Of a stretch of 34,540 nt of DNA, positions 1-10,842 are shown piece after piece. The number at the start of each line of letters is the position of its first letter. The stretch's first letter is position 1. The stretch is from Rhizaria sp. SCN 62-66 (taxonomy: Eukaryota), in assembly GCA_001724265.1 (NCBI GenBank), contig MEDY01000337.1:1-34540 (forward strand), written 5' to 3'. The position numbers and the translations under genes are program-made. Under the pieces are notes generated by a model. The model had not been told where the DNA came from. It saw nothing but the letters and a program-made list of their open reading frames with translations, and did no database searches.

Positions 1-3000
1 GCGCGCGCGGTCCCGCTCCTCGGCCTCGGCGCGCGCGCATGTCTCCTCCGCGGCCGTCGCGGCCGCCGCCAGCGTCTCGCGGGCCGCTGCCTCGGCGCGC
101 GCGCGCTCGCCGGCCGCGTCGCGTAGCTCGCGTTCTGCCGCAACACGGTCCTCGCGCGCGCGTCGCAGCAGCGCGGCGGCCTCCGTGCCCGCCTTGTGCG
201 CGGCTGCGGCGGCCTCGGCCTCGGCGCGGCGCGTCACGGCCGCGGCGGCCTCGGCTGCAGCGGCGGCGGCGCGGTCGCGCTCCTCGCTGGCGGCGGCCTC
301 AGCGCGCTCCAGCTGCTGCCGCGCGGCGCGCACCACGGTCTCGGCCTCTGCGCGCGCGCGGGCCAGACAGTCGGCGGCCTCGGCCTCGGCCTTGCGCAGC
401 CTCTCGCGCGCGTCGCCCTCAGCCTTGTCGCGCTCGCCCGCCGCCGCCGCCGCAGCGCGCTGCCGCTCATCCTTGCCCGCGCGCGCTGCCGCGGCCGCCT
501 CGGCGCGGGCAGCGGCAACGACGCCGTCGGCCTCGACCGCTGCGCGCCTGAGTCGCTCGTCAGCATGCGCGTCGGCGCGCTCGCGCAGGCGCGCGGCCTC
601 GGCGGCCACCTGCTCGCGGTCCTCGCGCGCGCTCCTGAGCAGCGCCTCGGCCTCGGCGGCCGCGGCGGACAGCGCGGCTGCGGCGTCGGCGTCGGCGCGG
701 CGAGCGCGTTCCGTCGCGGCGGCCTCCGAGGCGGCTGCCGCGGCGCGCGCCTCCCGGGCGGCCAGCTCGCGGTCGCCGCGGGCCTTGGCAGCGAGCGCGT
801 CGGCCTCGGCGCGCGCGGCTGCCAACACGGCGGTGGCGTCGCCGTTGGCCCTGGCCATGACGGCGACTGCGGCATCTTTGGCCGCGGCGAGCGCGGCGGC
901 GCACTCGGCCTCGGTGCGGGCCAGCACGCGCTCGCGCGAGGCCGCCGTGTCGGCGTCGACAGACCGCAGCTCATCCTGCAGCGCCGCCGCCTCCTGCTGC
1001 AGGCGCGCGCGGTCCGCAGCCACCTGCGCCGCCGCGGCCTCGCGCTCCGAATCCACAGCGGCGCGCAGCGCGGCGGCCTGCTGCTCAGCCGCGGCCAGCA
1101 GGGCCCCGGCGGCGGCGTCGGCCTCGGTGACGGCGCGCGCCCTGAGCGCGGCGGCGCGGGCGTCCTCCTCGGCAACTCGGGCCTCGGCGGCCACCACGGC
1201 GGCCGCAGCGGTCTCGCTCTCCCGCGCCGCCGCCGCGCGCGCGGCCTCGGTCTCAGCCGCGGCCCGAGCGCGCTCTCGGTTCGCGTCGGCCGCAGCGTCC
1301 TCGCGCGCGCGCGCCGCGGCCCGCGCAGCCTCAGCCTTGTCGACGCGCGCGCTGTCACGCTCTGCTGTCGCCGCGGCGCGCGCGCGGGTCAGCGCGGCCT
1401 CGGCCTCGGCGGCCACGGCGCGTGCCTGCTCCTCGGCCTGCGCCAGGATTGCGTCGCGCTCGCGCCGCGCGTCGGCAATTGCCGCGGCGGCGTCGGCGCC
1501 CGCGCGTTCGGCCACGTCCAGCGCGCGCTGCCGCACGGCTGCCGTGTCAAGCGCGGCGGCGCGGCGCGCGGCCTCGGCCTCGGCCTTGGCGGCGTCGCGC
1601 GCCTGCGCAGCGGCCACGGCATCGGCCCGCGCCGCCGCCGCCTCTCCGCGCGCGCGCTGCGCGTCACCAACGTCGCGCTGCAGCTCCTGCAGCACCATCT
1701 CCGCGGCCATCACCTGCGCGCGTGCGGCGGTGGCGTCGGCCAGCGCTCGTGTCGCGGCCGCCTGCTCCTGCGCCCGCGAGGCCTCGGCGTCGTCCAGCGA
1801 AGCCAGCACCTCCGCGATGCGCGCGCGGTGCGCGGCGAGCTGGGCCTCCTCGCCCTGCCGCGCTGCTGCGAGCGCGGCCAGTTCGGCGCCCAGCCCGTCG
1901 CGCTGGCGGGCGAGCGCTTCGGCCTCGGCCGCCCCTGTTGCGCCGCGCACAGCCCGCTGAGCCGCTCCAGGCGCGCCGCGGCCGCCGCAGCCGTTTCGGT
2001 CGCGGCGGCCGCGGCGGCCTCGGCCTCGGCGGCGGCGCGCTGCTGCAGCGCAGCGTCGCGCGTGGCGGCGGCCACGGCGGCGGCCAGCTCGTCGCGCGTC
2101 TGCGCTAGCTCCAGCGCCGCGTGGTGCGCCGCCGCCAGCGCTGCAAAGCCCTCGTTCACGTCCTCAGTGCTCGGCGCCGCGGGGGAAGTGCTGTTGGCGA
2201 CCGCGGTAGTCGTGGTGTTGTCGGCGGAGCTCGCGGCAAGGCCGGCGGGCAACTTCCTGCGCGGAGAAACAACGTTGCCGTCGGCGTGGGTCTGGCCGCG
2301 GGCGGCGTGGAACGTGTGGGCCGTGCCAGTGGCAGTCGTAGTGCCGGGCTTGGAGGGCGTGGTGATCTTGCTGCTGCTGTAGAGCGAGTGCGCCTTGACT
2401 GCAGCTTCAGCGTCGTTGCTGCCGGCAGTGGCGTTAAATCGGTCGTGCTTCGGGGAGACGCTGCTGAAGCTCCTGTTCGCCGCAACAGGCTCGGCGTCGT
2501 CAGCGTTAGGCTCAGCGTACTCGCCGTCGTCGCCCTCGTAGTCATCCTCACGGTCACCGAGATGCTCGTCGTCGTAGTCCTCGACATAGTCCTCGTTCTG
2601 CACAGCGTTCCCGTCGCCATCGACATCGCCTAGTGACTCCGCAGCCGCCGAGGGCGAGGGCGGCGGGATGTGCCGGAGCGCGCCCGAGGCTAGCGCGCGC
2701 AGCAGCGTGACACTCTCGCCCACGCGCCGCCGCAGCTGCGTCACCAGCATGCGGTCGCTCGCCGACAACGCGAACCACGCGGCGCGGTACTGCTCCGCGC
2801 GCCGCAGCACCGCGGCCGCCGCGCGCGCACCCGCGGCCTCCGCGGCTGCCTCGGCCTCGGCGCTCACGAACGCCTCGGACGCATCGCCGTCAGCGTTAGC
2901 TGCACTGCGCTGCTTCTGGGCGGACTTGGGCGGTGCGACGGTGCGGGCACGCATGACGACCTTGGCGAAGGCCATGGCGCGGGCCTTGCCGGCCGCCCGC

Positions 3001-6000
3001 GCCGTCTGGTCTTGGTCGCACCAGTCGACACCGCCCACGCAGTCGCTGCGCGCAGCAGCTGCAGCGTTGTCTGCCGCGTCGTCATCCGTGTTCTTGTCGT
3101 CGGCGTCGTAATCGAGAGTAATGATGTCGCCGATCTTGTCAACGGCCTCGTTCGCGAGGCGACCCAACTTGTTCGCGTAGATGACGGCGTTGCGCGCGCC
3201 GGGGTCGCCGACCACGCGCGGCAGGCGGCCCGCCACGCCCAGCGCGAACTCCTCCACCACGGCCCCCAGCAGCCGCAGCGGCACGCTCGCGGACGCCGCG
3301 CCGCCGTCGGCGCTGTCGGCGCCGTCGGCGCTGTAGACGGTGTCGCCGTCGCCGTCGCGGGGGCGCGCGCCGTAGCCGCCGCCGTAGCCGCCGCCGGGAC
3401 TGCGGTAGTCGTGGTCGCCCGGCAGCGCCCAGAGCTGTGGGTCGATGCTGCCCACACTGTGCAGCGCACTCTGCAGCGCGCTGTGGCCCACGCTGTGGCT
3501 CCCGCTGTGCGGTCCGCCGCCACCGTGCTTCTTGCCCTTCGACGGGGACTGCGACTGTGCGAGCCAGTCCGCGAGCGCGGGACGCGCCAGGTCGGCTGCG
3601 GTGTAGACAGCCGGGCCCGAGATCGCGGCGGGCAGCGGGTGCCGCGTCGCGCCGGGGCCCATCCACGGCCGAGGACTCTCGCGGCCTTCGGCGGCCGCCA
3701 GACGCGCGCGCTCGGCCTCCACCTCGGCCGCCTGCCGCGCCATCGTCTCGCGCAAAGGGTCTGGTTGTGAGAAAGAATGAAGGGCTATTTGTGAGTGTTT
3801 AAATTTGATTTGACGATACAATAAGTAAAACACAAATGATGGGATGCAAATAAATAAATGAAAGTCAGTTCGTTTCTTCTTAAGTCGCACCTTGCTCCTG
3901 TTTCTTATCTTCGAACTCAACCTCAGCCTCAGGCTCTGCCTCTGCCTTTGAGTCCGCCTTGTCGTCCTGCTGCGCAGCCTGCTCTGCGGTCTGCTCCCGC
4001 TCGCGCTGCTGCTTCCTGCGGAGCCTCTTCTGGCGGTAGTACTCCTCGCGGCGGTGCTCGCGGATGCAGCCCTCGGTGCGGTCGCGGTAGTAGCGGTGCC
4101 CGCCTTCGGTCGTGAACGAGTCGCGGTGGAACACCTCGAACGACGTCGCGCCGCTCCCCGCGTGGCACACGCACGCGCACTGCTCCGCGCGCCTGAACCG
4201 GCTCTTGCTGCCGCTCGCGGCGGCGGCCGCGGCGGCGGCGGCGGGAGGCCCGCACGCGGCGCAGTGCTCCAGCGCCGGCTCGCGCATCGAGAGCGGCATC
4301 GAGTCGTCGCTCACGTCGCTGCCATCGCAGTCGCCGCCAGCAGCAGCTCCCACGCCAGCAGCGCCGGCGCCAGCGTGGACAATGGGGTCGCTGTCGGTCG
4401 CGACGACGGCGTCGGCGTCGACAGCGTTGTTGTCGTCCACGTCGTTGGCGTTGGCGTTGGCGGTCGCGTCAGGATCATTATCATTATCATTGTCAGTCTC
4501 AGGCTCGGCCTCAGTCTTCGTCTCGCTCTTGTAGTCGTCATCACCATCAGCAACCGCGCCAACAGAGTCCTGCTGCGGCGCGTCTTGTGCCAGCGCCTCC
4601 AGCTCCGCGGCAGTTGCAGCGAAGCTCACCCCAGAGGCGGCGCAGTCGGGCACCGGCAGACGCGTGGTCACGGCCAGCGGGTCTGACTCGGCCTCGGCCT
4701 CTGCGTCGGCCAGCGTGGCGGCGTCGAAGGCGTCTAGCGGCTTTGCCACCGGAGGCTTCGTGCTATCGGCGTTGTCAGCGGCAGCGGCGTCCATGGCGCT
4801 TGTGCCAACGTCCACGCCGTGCTGCGGACTGAGTCCACGCTGAGGGCTCGCGCCTTGCTGAGGGCTCGCGCCTTGCTGAGGGCTCACGCCGTGCTGAGGA
4901 CTGAGGCTGGGGGAGGAAGGCAGCAGCGCGCGCTTGGGTTGCGCACGCGCGTAGGGTCCAGCGAGCTGCGCCACGACCTTGACTGGAGCCAGGCGCGCCA
5001 TGAGCGCGTCGACCGCGGACCCCGCCGCGGCGCCCTGACCCGCGGCACCGTGGCGAGGCGAGTCCGCGGGCGAGCGGCCGTGCGGCGAGCCCCCCGCGGG
5101 GGACAGGTAGGGTGACCGGTACGGCGACCGGTACGGCGACGAGGGGCCCGGAGACCCGCCGCCGCCCACGCGGCCGCCAACAGCGCCCGCGCCAGCCATG
5201 CCCGCGTTGTGAGGCGAGAGCGCGCTGGCGTTGTTAAAGGCCGAGTGCGCCGCGAGGCGGGCACCGTAGTGGTCCGCCGCCGCCGCCCCCGCCGCAGTGG
5301 GCTCCAGCACGGTGGGGGCCGGGGCGGGGGCCAGCGCCAGCGCCGCGGCGGCGTCTGCGCGCGCGGCTGCCAGCTGCACTGTGACGGCCGTGAAGGACTC
5401 GTCCGACGCGGGGTCCGCGTCAGCAGCGGCGTCGGGACTCTTCGCAGCTTCGGCTTCAGCCTCCGTCTTCGCAGCCTCGGTCTCAGCCTGAGCCTCAGCG
5501 ACTGCGACAGCTGCGACAACGTCCTCGTCAGCAGCGGCCGCGCCGGCCTCGCCGTTCGCGGCCTGCGCGTCGCGGAGCACACAGTCGAGGCCCTGGCCCA
5601 GCTTCGTCAGCGCGCGGCACAGCCAGCGGGCCTCGCGCTGCGCCTCAGCGGCCGCAGCGGCCCCGGCGACCGCGGCGGCCTTGGCGGCGGTGTGCGCGAC
5701 CGCGAAGGACTCGGCCGCCTCCTGGACGGACGCCAGCAGCAGCCGCGTCGCCACTGCGCCCACCGGCGTCGCAGCAGCCGCCGCGACAGCAGCGGTCTGA
5801 GCAGCGGCAGCAGCGTCCATGTGGCGGACGGAGCAGAGGCCAAGCGCGCCGCGCGCGCCCCTGAGACAGTCGAAGTACGGCGAGCCGGCGGGCCCCGGGC
5901 CGGCTTCAAGCGGGCGCGAAGCCAGCGCGAGCAGCGAGCGCGCGTAGGGCGCGCACGCGGCGCCGGGGTTGGGCCGCGCGAGCGACAGGAAGCCGCTGGG

Positions 6001-9000
6001 CGGGAGGTGCTCCGACGCGAGCCTGCTGTGGGCCCCGCGGGCCCGGTCCGTCCACTCGCTGTTGTGGCGGGCCACCGCGGCGGGCTCGGCGGCGCGCCAG
6101 CTGTCCAGCGCGCGGCGGCTCGTGCGCGGCTGCCCCGCCAGCCACAGCCCGTGCAGGTTGCGGCTGTACGTCACGGCCGCGGGCACTAGCTGCGCGGACA
6201 CGTTGGCGTGGTTGCAGCGGCGGAAGCGTGGCGGTTCGGCCGCTAGCACCCAGTCCTGGTCGAAGCGCAGGAAGTAGTGCCCATTGCGCGGGTCGCGGCG
6301 CAGCGCGCGGTCCTGCTCCTCTTCGGCGGCCACAGCGGCCAGCGCGGCCGTGTAGCGCGCGTACTCGGCCGCCTCGCGCCGCGCGCGGGCCGCCGCGCGC
6401 TCTGCGTCGCCGCAGTCGTCGCTCTCGCTCTCGCCGCTGTCGTGGCCAGCGAGGGGCGGCGCATCGCCGGAGAGGAAGTCACCGTTAGCCCTCCGCTCAC
6501 CGTCGCTGCCGTCATGGTTGCTGTCGGACGCAAGCGCGCTCTCGGCGGCCTCGGCGAGCGCGCGCAGGTGGTGCGCCAAGCGGGCCTCACGCTGTCGCTC
6601 GCGCTCGGCGCGGCTGTTGTGCGCGTACCCGTAGCACTCGTACACGCACTCGCCGGTGCTGCCGTCGAGCACACTGAACACGCCCGAGTCCACCGCAGCC
6701 CCGATCTCACCGCTGCCATCTGCGCTGTGGGCGCTGTAGGCAGCGTTGGCGGCGTGCGCGTCGTAGAGCGGGACGCGCGCGCCCCAGGCAAAGGCGCTAA
6801 GCGCGTGGAGGTGAGTGTCGCCGCTGATAAAGGGACACGTCTGCGCACAGTCGCTCTCGCCCTGGTCCTGCGTGCGCCAGTAGAACTCGCGGCCCCACTC
6901 AGCTTCACTCTCGCTCTCACTAAACACGCTACCTTCATTGCTGTCCTTGGCGTCGGCGCCAGTTGCCGAGTCAGACTTTCCGGCCTGCTGCTCCTGCTGC
7001 TGGTACTCGAGCTGGCGGTCTGCGCGGCGATCTGCGCTGCGGCGCGCGCGCACGTGCCAGGCGGCCGAGTCCGCGACAGGCCGCGCGCGGAGCCGCAGCG
7101 CTGCGCACGCCGCGTCGAGCCCACCGTAGAGCGCGGCCGCAGACTCCGCGCCCAGCGCCGCCTTGTAGCGTGAAAACAGGCCTGCCGCAGAGTAGGCGCC
7201 GGGCGGGGCCTGCGACTTCAACTGCGACTGAGACTGACTGTGAGCGGTGTCGTTCGAGGTTGCGGTTGTGGCAGCAAGAGTGAGCGGGGCGGGGGGCACC
7301 ACGGTCTCGAGCGCGGCCGCGAGCAGCAGCAGGGTAAGCGAACGCGCCAGCCGCCCGCAGAGCTGGCCCTGCAGGTACGCCGTGGCTTCGATGCTGTGCG
7401 CCAGCTCCGCCAGCTTGTCCAGCGTAACTGCATTCAGGCCAGCGCCAGCGCCAGAGCCAGTGCTAGAGCTTGACTCAGTGGTGTTTGTGCTGTTGCTGTT
7501 GATGGATGCAGAGAGGGCAAGGAAGTTAAGCCGCGTGAGGTTGGCGTTCCGTCTAAGATAGGCCGCCTCTTCGTAGAACTCGGCCAGCTCGTCGCCCGCG
7601 ACAAGCACGTTGCCGCGCCCGTCGGTGATCACGGTTTGAACGTTGTCCTTCGCCTTCGCGCTCGCAATCGGGCTGTTGTTTGCAGTGGTTGCGCTAGCGC
7701 TGGCGTCCCTATTGTCTTTATGCACCTCGTTGGGGCTGAAGAGCGTGATGGCGTTGTTCTTGGCCGTGTACATATGCGACATCAGGCTCGCGGACGGCTT
7801 AACTTTGGAGGCACTGCGCGCAGTCGCTGCGCTCTTGCTCTCGCTCTTGCGGGGCGTCCCAGTGCTCCTGCTCGCGCTGGCCTCAACCTCCGCCTCCGAG
7901 TCAGAGCAGGACTCGCTCTCGCCCTCGCTCTCCTCTGCACCCGCCACACCTGCAGCCTGTGAGCCCGTCACCGTCCCACTCTGCGCATCACTCTGCGCCT
8001 GCGCCTCCGGGTGCGCGCGCAGCCAGTCGTCGCCGTTGACGCCCGGGACGCCGGCGCGCACGAGCTCGAGCAGGAGCCGCTTGCGGAGCGCGGTGGCGTC
8101 TCGCTGGAGCTGCCCCAGCGCCGTGACGGCTGCGTGCAGCGCCGCGGGCGTCAAGAACAGCAAACCGGGCGCCAGCACCGGCAGCGCAAACCCGCGGGCC
8201 GCGGCGGGTGCGGCGCCGCGCGAGACGGGCCCGCCCGCCGCCGTCGCCGCCGCGGGGTCGTCGTTGGCCTGCGGCTGGTCGGCGAAGGGAAAGAAGCGGC
8301 CGTGCGCGGTGAGGGTGGCGATGGCCAGCTCCGTGTGCGCGCGCGCCGCGCGGTCGCCCAGCGCGCCCGCGGCAGCCGCCACGCGCGCAGCGACGCCCAG
8401 CCGGAACTCAAGCTCGCTCACAAGCCCACCGTGCGCAGCCGCAGAGTCGGCCGCTTCGCCATCGCTGTGCGCGGTGGTGCTGTGGCTGTTGTTGTAGTTG
8501 GTGAGCTCCGCTGCGGCCTCGGTGAGCGCGTCGCCCTCGACCAGTCTAAGGGCCTGCTGTAAGTGCCCCACAGCCCGCTGCGCCTCCGCCGCGTCGCGCG
8601 CCCGCTCGCCGGCAGTGGGTGCCACGGGCAGCGCAGACACGCCGTCCGCGCTGGCGGCCGTGGCGTGGCGGCTTAGCTTCCGCAGCGCGCGGGCGGCGTG
8701 ACGCAGGCTGCGGCGCAGCTTCTGCTGCTGGCTCTCCTGCAGCTGCATCGACGCACTGCTGCTGCTGTTCGTGATGTCGCTGCCACTCGTGCCGTTGATC
8801 TCAGCAACGCTCGGGATGACGACCGTGGTGGCGGCGCCCGTGATCTGCGCCCGCGCCGCGGTGAGTGCGGCCGCCGAGGCGAGGATCTGGTCCAGGAAGT
8901 ACCGCGTGTGCCGCGACACGTTGTGGCTATCAGTACCCGCCTTACCAGCAGTACAAGTCGCGCCACTGCTGCCCTCAGCCGCAACCGCGCCGTCACTGCC

Positions 9001-10842
9001 AGTCTCACTGCCGGTATTGGAGTGGCAGCGCGCCTGCGCGCGCGTCTCCCGAGCGAGCACGGCAGGCAGCACTGCGTCCACGACTGCGCTCAGCGCGGCC
9101 AGCCTTGGCGCGAGCCCGCGCGCCACGGCGTCAAGCGCGGCCGCGTTCTGCGCCAGCACGGCCCCCGCGGCGCGCAGACCGCGACGGCGCGGGCCGGCCG
9201 TGTGCCGCCAGAGCGCCAGCCCGCCCGCGACGGCGCGCTCCACGGCCGCCGCGAGCGGCAGCGTTTGCTGAGGAAGATCGGAGTCGCTCGCGGTGGCGGC
9301 GGTGCTGCTATTGAGGGCGGCGTAGAAGCTGTCGTTCATGCTCAGGTTGCAGTAGCTCGCGCCGCTCATGCTAGCGCTGGCGTTAATGTTGTGGGGCAGG
9401 GCGCGGCCCTGCTCGGCGGCGGCCACAACCCGCGCCAGCGACTGCGCGCGGCGGTCCAGCGCGCGACACGCCACCGCCACACTCACGGGCACAGGGGCCG
9501 CAGCAGGCGCGGCCACAAGCCGCTCGACGGCAGCCGCGGCCTCGGCCAGCGCGCCGGAGTCGAGTCGGGCCTGCAGCGGGGACAGCGCGCTGCGCATCAG
9601 GGGCACCGTGAGCTCGGTGCTCGCTGGTGCAATGACGGTCGAGTCATTCTCTGCCTCGGCATCAACCTCAGCCTCCACGTCAGTGTCAGTGTCATTGTCA
9701 GCCTCAGCGTTAACGTCGCCGCTGTCGCCAAGGCGGCGGAGGGCGATGTTGCCGAGGACGATGTGGGAGAGCAGGTACACCTCGGCGTCCACGCTCACGC
9801 CCGGTGGCAGCAGCGGGGGCTCCGTCGCCGCTGTAGTCGTCGCCGCAGTCGTCGTCGCAGCGGCAGAGGCAGCGGAGGCAGCGGGGGCAGCGGCAGTGGC
9901 AGCGGGAGCGGGAACGCTGGCGCTGCTGCCGCTCATATCAGTCGCATGCTCGGCGTCCCTGTCATTCGCCACACTGTGTGTGTCACCATAGGCGCCGTCG
10001 TTGTGACCGTGGGCGCCCTCGTTGTGACGACGGGCGCCCCAGCCCCTCGTCGCGCGCAGCGGCACGAGCGGCGCGGCCTCCTCGGGGTGCGCGCGAAGGT
10101 AAGCCGCCTCGGCCTGCTCGCTAGACACGCTCGCGAACGACTCGGTGCTCCCACGGGCCGCGGTCTGACCGCCGTGGCCGTGGCCGTGAGACTGCGACTG
10201 GAGGGCCCGCGCCTGTCTGCGCGCCTCTGCCCGCGCCAGCGAGCGCGCACGCTGGGCCTGCTCGCGGTCGCTGCGCTGTTGCTGGAGCAGCTCACACTCC
10301 TCGGCGTCGGTGTCATTGTAGCCCTCGCCGTCACTCTCGCCCATAGCCACGTCCTCCGCGTCAGAGTCGGCGTTTGCGGTTGCAGCAGCGTTGGTGTTGT
10401 TGCTGCGAGGCTGCTGCTGCTGTTGTTCGGCGCCGAGGGTGTCGCTGTGGAAGTCCCTCATCTGCCGCGCCACAGCCTGCGAGGCCAGGTGCGCGTGCAT
10501 CGCGCCGTGCCGCAGTGTGCCCACGCTCACAGCGTCCAGGGTGCGGCCCACGTCCTCGCCGTTGACGTCCGTGTTGTTATCGTCGTCGGTGCGGACGGCG
10601 TGGGGGCGCGGCGCGGTGTCGAACCGGTCGCGCGCCGGGATGGCGTGCAGCGGCAGCAGCGGCACCGCCACGGAAGAACCGAGGCCAGCCACCGCGCCGA
10701 GGCCGAGCGCAAGAGACGGGACGGGAGCGCCCGGACTGGTACTGGCCACAGGAGCAGCGTCCGTGTAAATGGTGTTGAGGTTGGCAGCGTTGCTAGGGCT
10801 GGGACGGGGGCCTGAGCCGGAGCCGCGCGGAGAGTGCGACAT
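1..10842 (-). CDS. Giant uncharacterised protein (about 3570 aa inside the window, 3'-partial) with a long C-terminal Ala/Glu/Arg coiled coil
   Basis: ATG at 10842 (MSHSPRGSGSG). Exon 1 is 10842..3891, followed by a phase-1 GT-AG intron 3890..3761. Exon 2 continues in the frame of ORF 1710..3920 (EQ-D-PLRETMARQAAE). Near 1935 the coding-like frame shifts and continues as AAEAEALARQRDGLGAELAALAAARQGEEAQ...AEAEERDRAR to base 1; no stop was noticed in that frame. No family recognised. Confidence 0.8.
3761..3890 (-). other. Spliceosomal intron (130 nt, phase 1) of the giant gene
   Basis: Minus strand reads CAAG|GTGCGA...AT-rich...TTCATTCTTTCTCACAACCAG|ACCCT. Splicing gives codon G+AC (Asp), joins the two long ORFs in frame and removes the TAA at 3880-3882. 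Confidence 0.85.
4813..4902 (-). repeat. Five tandem 18-bp coding repeats encoding SPQ(H/Q/R)G(V/A/L)
   Basis: Translation SPQHGV-SPQQGA-SPQQGA-SPQRGL-SPQHGV; the DNA unit CGCGCCTTGCTGAGGGCT is repeated with variation. Confidence 0.9.
5098..5139 (-). repeat. 12-bp coding repeat encoding SPYR-SPYR-SPYL-SP
   Basis: GACCGGTACGGC occurs twice in tandem on the + strand, plus a degenerate third unit. Confidence 0.85.

Noticed and set aside
1935-1950. 16-nt GT...AG micro-intron (GTGCGCGGCGCAACAG) as an explanation for the frameshift
   Set aside because: Removing 16 nt shifts into the wrong frame; a length of 3n+2 is needed.
39-2382. Long + strand ORFs (185..1960, 196..2382, 39..551 and others)
   Set aside because: Antisense shadows of the GC-rich coiled-coil gene on the minus strand. 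The ASASA/LGLG patterns are reverse readings of AEAE codons.
1710-3920. ORF 1710..3920 as an independent 736-aa gene
   Set aside because: Its first approximately 50 codons are mostly intron sequence and its last approximately 75 codons are out of frame after the shift near 1935. It is exon 2 of the giant gene.
4813-4902. CRISPR-like array
   Set aside because: Contiguous in-frame coding repeats without unique spacers, no cas genes, and a eukaryotic context.
8698-10815. 705-aa + strand ORF and similar long antisense ORFs (18318..20435, 21435..23195, 27135..29558, 32569..33576)
   Set aside because: They overlap well-supported genes on the opposite strand, show no recognisable motifs and are expected from stop-codon scarcity in high-GC DNA.
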